A stretch of DNA of 64,000 nt. It comes from a virus. Position numbers and translations under genes: made by a program. Location of the stretch: the IMG/VR virus record IMGVR_UViG_3300023108_000014, positions 1 through 64,000 of that record; one strand, given 5' to 3'. This document shows positions 58,639 to 64,000 of this stretch, one piece after another. The notes under the pieces were generated by a model, which saw nothing but the letters and a program-made list of their open reading frames with translations, was not told the origin of the DNA and searched no databases. The number at the start of each line of letters is the position of its first letter. Within the stretch, counting starts at the first letter, position 1.

Positions 58639-58805
58639 AAGACTTAGGTCCTTTCGCTAGAGTTATGAGAATGCCTCAATTAATGTTTGTGCCACATGAT
58701 AGGAATCTAGCTGCTGAAATGAGAAGATTCCGTATTGCTTCTAAACAATCAAGAGACGAACAAAAGCGTAAGAATTTTGAAAAATTAAATCCCCCAGAGA
58801 AATAA
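58620..58805 (+). CDS. small hypothetical protein
   Basis: Overlapping ORF. Confidence 0.45.
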   Translation: MADDNLKDLGPFARVMRMPQLMFVPHDRNLAAEMRRFRIASKQSRDEQKRKNFEKLNPPEK

Positions 58806-58812
58806 ATACCGT

Positions 58813-59022
58813 ATGAGGGACGAACTCGACATTCTTGAAGACAGAATCAATGATATTAAACGCCGTATTTCTGAAATAAAAAAACGGAATGGTTGGGAAT
58901 ATAATACTAAACCTGTAATAAAAGATTCAATAGATGTTGAAGGAAAAGCAAAAGTTATTAAATCTAATAACAGTGCAGAAATGGATGCCTTAAAAGCAAA
59001 ACTGATGGGAAAGAAAAAATGA
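58813..59022 (+). CDS. small hypothetical protein
   Basis: ATAAATA upstream. Confidence 0.55.
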   Translation: MRDELDILEDRINDIKRRISEIKKRNGWEYNTKPVIKDSIDVEGKAKVIKSNNSAEMDALKAKLMGKKK

Positions 59023-59195
59023 AATTTGAAAGAGGGGTTGTGATTGCAGAGAGGTTGCCTGCAAACACAGAAATGATTGGAGAAGAAATGCCATTACTTA
59101 CAGATGCAAGCAATAAACATATTAAAGATTTTCTTGATAAAAATGGCGAACATCTAAAATCAGCATTATTGGAGAAAGTTTTATGTGGGCATTAG
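59019..59195 (+). CDS. small hypothetical protein (58 aa, not in ORF track)
   Basis: ATGA-coupled to the previous gene. Confidence 0.45.
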   Translation: MKFERGVVIAERLPANTEMIGEEMPLLTDASNKHIKDFLDKNGEHLKSALLEKVLCGH

Positions 59196-59353
59196 TTTGG
59201 TTAGCATTATCTAGCACTCAACACATGGAAACATATCATCTCGGAAATTATAAAGAAAAAGAAACTTGTGTACAAGAAATGAGTAAAGCAAGTGTTCTTG
59301 TAACAGACAGAAATCAAACTGTCGATTGTATATGGATAGATTTAGATAAATGA
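59183..59353 (+). CDS. small exported Cys-pair protein (56 aa, not in ORF track)
   Basis: GGAG SD; MWALVWL...HLGNY...C...C; stop overlaps the cyclase ATG. Confidence 0.6.
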   Translation: MWALVWLALSSTQHMETYHLGNYKEKETCVQEMSKASVLVTDRNQTVDCIWIDLDK

Positions 59354-61395
59354 AACGTTTAATATTTTCACCTTTATGGAGTATACTAGTCTTAGGTATT
59401 CTAAGTTATGTATTTTATATAAATCCTAATTTTGTAGAAAGTCTAAGACTAAGATATTTTGACCAACTTATAATAAATCAACAACCAGTTGAAAACAACA
59501 TCTACACAGTAGACATAGATGAAGCAACTATAAATGCATACGGACAATGGCCATTTCCAAGAGGTGACTATGCAGAACTTATAAACGACTTGTACAATCG
59601 TGGTGCAGGTTTAGTTGTTTTCAATGTGCTTATGAGTGAGCCAGATCGTTCAGGCGAAGATCAAATACTAGCAGAAACAATGCAGCAACTTCCTGTTATT
59701 GTTACTATGTTAGGTGCGGAGGAGAATAAAAATGAACCAATTAATCCTGGTGCTACTATCGTTAACAGTGATTACATTTATACTATTCCTAGTGTTCCAG
59801 GAATCATTGCCAATATCAACGATATCGAAAATTCAGCAGTTGGATCAGGCATTACAAACAGTTGGCCAGAAATAGATGGTGTAACAAGACGTATTCCGTT
59901 AGTAGTAGAAAGCGGAGGCACATTGTATCCAAATGTTACAATGGAAGTTCTGCGTGTATTAGCAGGCGATCCTTCATTCCAAATCAAACTATCTCCTATG
60001 GGTGTAGACAAATTGCGCATACCACAGTTTGGTATTATACAAACAAGCCCTACAGGAGAAGTATGGATAGACTGGAGTCAACGTAGCAAACGTTACAGCG
60101 CAGTAGACTTACCAGATGATTTTGCTGGCGGTATAGTATTTGTAGGACCAACAGCAGCAGGTGTAACACAGCCACTGGCAACAGCAGCAGGCAGTGTATT
60201 CCCGCATCAAATACAAGCAGCGATGCTTGGAACAGTTTTTAATGAATCAAATATAAGCAGACATCCTGACGCAAAACAATGGGCTGAACTCGCAGCATTG
60301 ATAGGTGCAGGTATTCTGTTAATCGCACTCGCCCGATGGACATATGTAGGTATAGCCTTTTTTATTATGTCAGTAGGCGGCTTTATTGGAGTAAGTATCT
60401 ATGTATTCAATACACAAAACATTCTTATTGATGGCGCTACTATCAGTGCTTTCCTCTTGCTCGTGGGTCTCAAACGATACGTGCTTAAATTCCTCGACGA
60501 GTTCCTGCAAAAGCAAGCCATTAAAAAACAATTCGAAGGATACGCCAGCCCAGCAGTGGTACGAATACTACAGGAATCTCCAGAACTTGTTAAGCAGGGC
60601 ATAAAGAAAGATGTGAGTATTGTATTTTCAGACTTGCGTGGCTTTACACCACTAGGTGAAAGTTTTGGCGACGATGTGCAAGGACTTACAAGAATAATGA
60701 ATGGCTATATGGATGCCATTACAGAACCTGTGCTAGACGCAGACGGAATGATTATAAAGTATATCGGCGATGCTAGTATGCACATACACAATGCGCCTAT
60801 TGATGATCCGCATCATCCTAAGACAGCAGTACAGTGTGGCTTAGACATGCTTAAAGCAGTGGAGAAGTTTAATGAAGAAGTTATTATACCTGATGGCCGT
60901 CCTCCTGTTGGTATGGGCGCTGGCATCAACACAGGGTTGGGGTACCTTGGTGAGATGGGAAGTACTAAACGTCATTCATATGATGTCCTTGGAGACGCTG
61001 TCAGCACCGCAGCAAGAGTAGAAAGCAAGTGTAAAGAATACGGATGCTTGTTACTAGTAGGCGAAGCAACCTATGAAGAAACAAAAACAGATTTCTTCTA
61101 CCTCAAAGTAGACGACTTGCAAGTCAAAGGCAAAAGTGTAGGACTTAAAATTTATACAGTGTTAGATGATACTGCTCCTGCTTGGCGCACAGCACAGAAG
61201 AAACACGAACAAATGCACGAAGATTATCGTGCGCAAAGATTTGATGATGCTATAGACAAATGTCGTTTGTTATATACACACTTTGATCACAAGATGGAAG
61301 GCTACTACGATATGTGGATTGAACGTTGTGAGTATATGAAAACACAAGATTTACCAGAGGATTGGAACGGAGTTTTCGTCGCTACTTCGAAGTAG
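59350..61395 (+). CDS. CHASE2-domain class III adenylate cyclase
   Basis: VDIDE..GQWPFPR and DGVTRR.PL (CHASE2); three TMs; FSDLRGFT, KYIGDA, GINTG, YDVLGDAVSTAARVE, VKGK. Confidence 0.93.
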   Translation: MKRLIFSPLWSILVLGILSYVFYINPNFVESLRLRYFDQLIINQQPVENNIYTVDIDEATINAYGQWPFPRGDYAELINDLYNRGAGLVVFNVLMSEPDRSGEDQILAETMQQLPVIVTMLGAEENKNEPINPGATIVNSDYIYTIPSVPGIIANINDIENSAVGSGITNSWPEIDGVTRRIPLVVESGGTLYPNVTMEVLRVLAGDPSFQIKLSPMGVDKLRIPQFGIIQTSPTGEVWIDWSQRSKRYSAVDLPDDFAGGIVFVGPTAAGVTQPLATAAGSVFPHQIQAAMLGTVFNESNISRHPDAKQWAELAALIGAGILLIALARWTYVGIAFFIMSVGGFIGVSIYVFNTQNILIDGATISAFLLLVGLKRYVLKFLDEFLQKQAIKKQFEGYASPAVVRILQESPELVKQGIKKDVSIVFSDLRGFTPLGESFGDDVQGLTRIMNGYMDAITEPVLDADGMIIKYIGDASMHIHNAPIDDPHHPKTAVQCGLDMLKAVEKFNEEVIIPDGRPPVGMGAGINTGLGYLGEMGSTKRHSYDVLGDAVSTAARVESKCKEYGCLLLVGEATYEETKTDFFYLKVDDLQVKGKSVGLKIYTVLDDTAPAWRTAQKKHEQMHEDYRAQRFDDAIDKCRLLYTHFDHKMEGYYDMWIERCEYMKTQDLPEDWNGVFVATSK

Positions 61396-61717
61396 TATCT
61401 TTTTTCTTACCTGAACTATTAAACGATTCTTTACTGCTTTTGTACTCGTCTACTAATCTTTGTAATTCGTCTTGTCTTTGAGGATTAAGTTTTGCTCTGT
61501 ATTCTAAAACCATAGATAGTTTTTGATTGAGACGTATCATATCATTGTCTAACATGCGAATACGATCAACTAGTTTGATAAGTGTACCCATTGTTTCACC
61601 TATTACAGGATCGATAGTTTCAGTAACCCATTTCCAAATGTAGAATATAAAATATCCTAGCCCCATTGCAGCAACAATAGGAAACCCATACTCGCTAACT
61701 ATCTGTGCTATGTCCAT
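61382..61717 (-). CDS. YvrJ/holin-like membrane protein
   Basis: YGFPIVAA..GYFIF TM plus coiled coil DRIRMLDND. Confidence 0.6.
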   Translation of the reverse strand: MDIAQIVSEYGFPIVAAMGLGYFIFYIWKWVTETIDPVIGETMGTLIKLVDRIRMLDNDMIRLNQKLSMVLEYRAKLNPQRQDELQRLVDEYKSSKESFNSSGKKKDTTSK

Positions 61718-61931
61718 TTATTTTGTCCTCGTACTTCATTAACAGTGCGTTTACTTGATCAGTTTTCTTCAACCATCCATTTTCGTCAACAATAAAAACA
61801 TCTCCTGGTCTATAAAGGAAATGTTCTTTTTTTCTACCGTCTTGTAAAAGGCCCATAACTTCACCAGGCCAATCACCTTTTACTCTAAAGTGTGGACCTG
61901 CTTGTTCTATAATGTAATCTACCCACATCAT
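61695..61931 (-). CDS. hypothetical protein
   Basis: ORF between two paralogues. Confidence 0.55.
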   Translation of the reverse strand: MMWVDYIIEQAGPHFRVKGDWPGEVMGLLQDGRKKEHFLYRPGDVFIVDENGWLKKTDQVNALLMKYEDKINGHSTDS

Positions 61932-61933
61932 TT

Positions 61934-62212
61934 TTAGTCTCTCCTTGCATCTTCTTTGCCCTCGTTTGCTGCGATCCTATCTGTATTAGGCCGCACGTTT
62001 AAGGTATAACTTAGCAATGCATCAATTTTGACTAAATCATTATTCATAGTTTGGACTCTATTGTCTAGTTGTCCTATTATGTTTTTTAATGTTGTAACAC
62101 TTCCTGTAACACCTGCTAGAATAAATTTAAGTGTTAAGAATACAAACGATCCTGCCGCTATTGCCCCTGCGATAGGAAAGCCTACGTCTGATACAAGTTG
62201 TAAAAAATCCAT
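61934..62212 (-). CDS. YvrJ/holin-like membrane protein (paralogue of 61382..61717)
   Basis: VGFPIAGA..G.FVF TM plus DNRVQTMNND. Confidence 0.6.
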   Translation of the reverse strand: MDFLQLVSDVGFPIAGAIAAGSFVFLTLKFILAGVTGSVTTLKNIIGQLDNRVQTMNNDLVKIDALLSYTLNVRPNTDRIAANEGKEDARRD

Positions 62213-62244
62213 ACAAACGCCCTCACGCTCTGTTATGTATGTAT

Positions 62245-62811
62245 TTATTCTTTTACTGTTATATTATGCACTGTAGGTTTAGTTTCTATAATAAAATTAC
62301 CTTGAGGTCCTTCTATTTCATTGTATGCAAGATTTGGATTAGGCTTTCCAATTCCAACACCCAGGCTAACTTCGCCACCAAGTTTTTTACTAAAATCTTT
62401 ACCAAAACATGCACAGTATCCAGTAGCATATCCTAATTGATTTGCTATTGTTTTTACAGCACCGGCTGCAAATCCTATTGCCATTTCAACTGCACCGTGA
62501 TCCCACCTTCTATTATAATTTGCAATAAACAAAATTAACAAAGGAGCGCCAATTTGAGCGTTTCTATAAGTCTGTTTGTATCTAAATAAATCAGTCCAAT
62601 TACGTGTATCTTCGTCCATTGAGAATCTTTCAGCAAGTGGAATCATACTTTTGTTCCATGCTTGATCTTGCGAAACGAAAATTCTAAAATAGTCAAGGCT
62701 TTGTTTAGTAGGAGTCTTTTCCAGTGTAGAAATAATTTTTTCATAATCATCTTCTGCAACAGGCTCATCTAACCAGTTTCTTTGACAGCGAGAAAAAATA
62801 TCATAATCCAT
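62245..62811 (-). CDS. nitroreductase-like protein
   Basis: SRCQRNW, TPTKQ, ANQLGYATGYCAC, GIGKP. Confidence 0.7.
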   Translation of the reverse strand: MDYDIFSRCQRNWLDEPVAEDDYEKIISTLEKTPTKQSLDYFRIFVSQDQAWNKSMIPLAERFSMDEDTRNWTDLFRYKQTYRNAQIGAPLLILFIANYNRRWDHGAVEMAIGFAAGAVKTIANQLGYATGYCACFGKDFSKKLGGEVSLGVGIGKPNPNLAYNEIEGPQGNFIIETKPTVHNITVKE

Positions 62812-62823
62812 AAAAATATTTAG

Positions 62824-62852
62824 TTGACAAACTTTTTAAAAGGTAGTATAAT
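62824..62852 (+). promoter_or_regulatory. sigma70-type promoter
   Basis: TTGACA-N17-TATAAT. Confidence 0.75.
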
Positions 62853-62874
62853 GAAGTCAGAATGGAGTGTAAGA

Positions 62875-63558
62875 ATGGCTACGACCTTTGAGAAACAGGA
62901 ACTAGTTGAAGATATTAAATATCCAACACGTTATTATCGTGTGTCTATTAGAGGATATGGCGGTGAATTTGTATTTGATAATTTAGATCCACTAGTATAT
63001 GAATATTGGAAAGCAGTTCCTAATGATTTAATGATTGATTATCTAATAGATCCTGAAGAATATAGACTAAAACATAAAGTACCTACGGATATGGATTTTC
63101 TAAATGACGACGATTATGATATCGGTTGGCATGATATGGATGCTTTAGGACACTATAACGGCGCAGGTTATTCTAGTGCATACATTATGATTGAACAAGT
63201 TGAAAATGAAGAATATGCAGCAGATGTTATTAAAGAAATTTGCGATAAAAGTGTTAGCGATCTTTCAGATTGCGAAGAATACTGGGGAGATTTTGGTTAT
63301 GATGATCAAGGCGAAAAGAATCCTAACTTAGATTTTCCAACAATTGAAATTGCAAGTATTGAAAAAGGTGAATTCTTTTCAGGTTTAATTACAACTAATC
63401 ATAGTTTAGACTTATCTAAGTTAGAAATTTGGGTTACAGAAATGCCCAGTGGTGATGAGATTATCGATATGATCAGATATGATGGTGAAATAATTGACAA
63501 CGACGGTGGCGATGTAAACGGCAAGTCTTTTATGGTAAACCTATATGAAAAGTTATAA
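62875..63558 (+). CDS. acidic hypothetical protein
   Basis: GGAG SD before ATG at 62875; GYGGE and EKG.F motifs. Confidence 0.65.
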   Translation: MATTFEKQELVEDIKYPTRYYRVSIRGYGGEFVFDNLDPLVYEYWKAVPNDLMIDYLIDPEEYRLKHKVPTDMDFLNDDDYDIGWHDMDALGHYNGAGYSSAYIMIEQVENEEYAADVIKEICDKSVSDLSDCEEYWGDFGYDDQGEKNPNLDFPTIEIASIEKGEFFSGLITTNHSLDLSKLEIWVTEMPSGDEIIDMIRYDGEIIDNDGGDVNGKSFMVNLYEKL

Positions 63559-63565
63559 ATAACAC

Positions 63566-63739
63566 ATGCTTGAATATAAAGTAGAAGATATTTTCGAAGA
63601 TGATCCGGATAATCCAGATAATGTTCTTATGAAGATTCCACCTGAAATTATGTATCAGATTGGTGTTAAAGAAGGCGATACTGTAAAAATTGTGCAAGAA
63701 AACGGCGGCTTAGTCATTACAAAGGTAGAGAATGGCTAA
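63566..63739 (+). CDS. AbrB/MazE-like DNA-binding protein (57 aa, not in ORF track)
   Basis: [21 protein letters not shown]...GLVI; TATAAATA upstream. Confidence 0.7.
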   Translation: MLEYKVEDIFEDDPDNPDNVLMKIPPEIMYQIGVKEGDTVKIVQENGGLVITKVENG

Positions 63740-63947
63740 AGAAGGAATTCTAGAATTCGAAGGTGCTATTGTTGACGTTCTGCCTAATCAAATGTTCAAA
63801 GTAAAATTAGATAATGATCATATGGTTACCTGTTATACAGGTGGCAAGATGCGACAATTTAGAATACGTTTAGTACAAGGCGACAGAGTTAAAGTTGAAA
63901 TGACACCATATGATTTAGATAAAGGCAGAATTGTTTATAGATTTTAG
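63732..63947 (+). CDS. infA: translation initiation factor IF-1
   Basis: MAKE..EFEG.IV.VLPN.MF.VKLDN.H...GKMR..IRL..GD.V.VE.TPYDL.KGRIVYR. Confidence 0.96.
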   Translation: MAKEGILEFEGAIVDVLPNQMFKVKLDNDHMVTCYTGGKMRQFRIRLVQGDRVKVEMTPYDLDKGRIVYRF

Positions 63948-63976
63948 TTGACAGGTGGTATTAGTTATGCTATATT
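63948..63976 (+). promoter_or_regulatory. sigma70-type promoter
   Basis: TTGACA-N17-TATATT. Confidence 0.65.
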
Positions 63977-64000
63977 GTATTTGTAATTAGGCAATACAGA

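Noticed and set aside
539-60604. Many antisense or alternate-frame ORFs in the track (e.g. 539..904-, 21260..21760-, 42847..43263-, 56949..57350-)
   Set aside because: Shadow ORFs of real genes, with no SD or recognisable motifs
62824-62874. TTG start of the ORF at 62824 as given in the track
   Set aside because: That TTG is the -35 hexamer of a consensus promoter; ATG 62875 with a GGAG SD is more plausible
1-64000. Stop-codon reassignment as seen in some jumbo phages
   Set aside because: Recognisable genes are full-length in code 11 and end with TAA, TAG and TGA
1-64000. Bacterial chromosome or prophage origin, suggested by rpsU, infA, ssrA, guaC and csgG
   Set aside because: These genes are isolated among virion genes, PAAR and T4-like late promoters, lack their usual cellular operon context, and no integrase is present

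Overview
A 64-kb, AT-rich, gene-dense segment of a large (jumbo-type, T4-like myovirus-style) bacteriophage, almost certainly infecting an alphaproteobacterium. Host evidence: a circularly permuted two-piece tmRNA with an ANDN...ALAA tag, DUF1127, zf-CHCC, pseudoazurin, an aa3 oxidase subunit-IV-like peptide, a Rhodobacterales-style porin and hemO-pcyX. The left part encodes virion/tail proteins (2264-aa and 1248-aa repeat proteins), a Pho-box-preceded phosphate-transporter/DUF1127 island, and a cluster of putative head-internal proteins. The middle holds nrdA/nrdB/glutaredoxin, PAAR, tmRNA and many host-takeover genes (bS21, GuaC, Hsp20 with a ROSE-like thermometer, ClpS, HemO/PcyX). The right part holds a curli-type module (CsgF, CsgG, two curlins) interleaved with a FecR protein, a Fis-type HTH, a duplicated 20-bp palindromic operator, two outer-membrane barrels and a CHASE2 adenylate cyclase, then IF1. 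TAAATA late-promoter motifs and TTGACA-N16/17-TATAAT promoters punctuate the window. Strongest novel leads: (1) the curli/FecR/cyclase/HTH/operator locus as a phage-encoded trans-envelope signalling system; (2) a probable A_AAA_AAG -1 frameshift in a scaffold-like gene; (3) enzymes carrying T4-like capsid-targeting N-termini (nucleotidyltransferase, ligase-fold protein, nuclease); (4) the Pho-regulated transporter/DUF1127 island. All family calls come from motif recognition by eye, not database searches.
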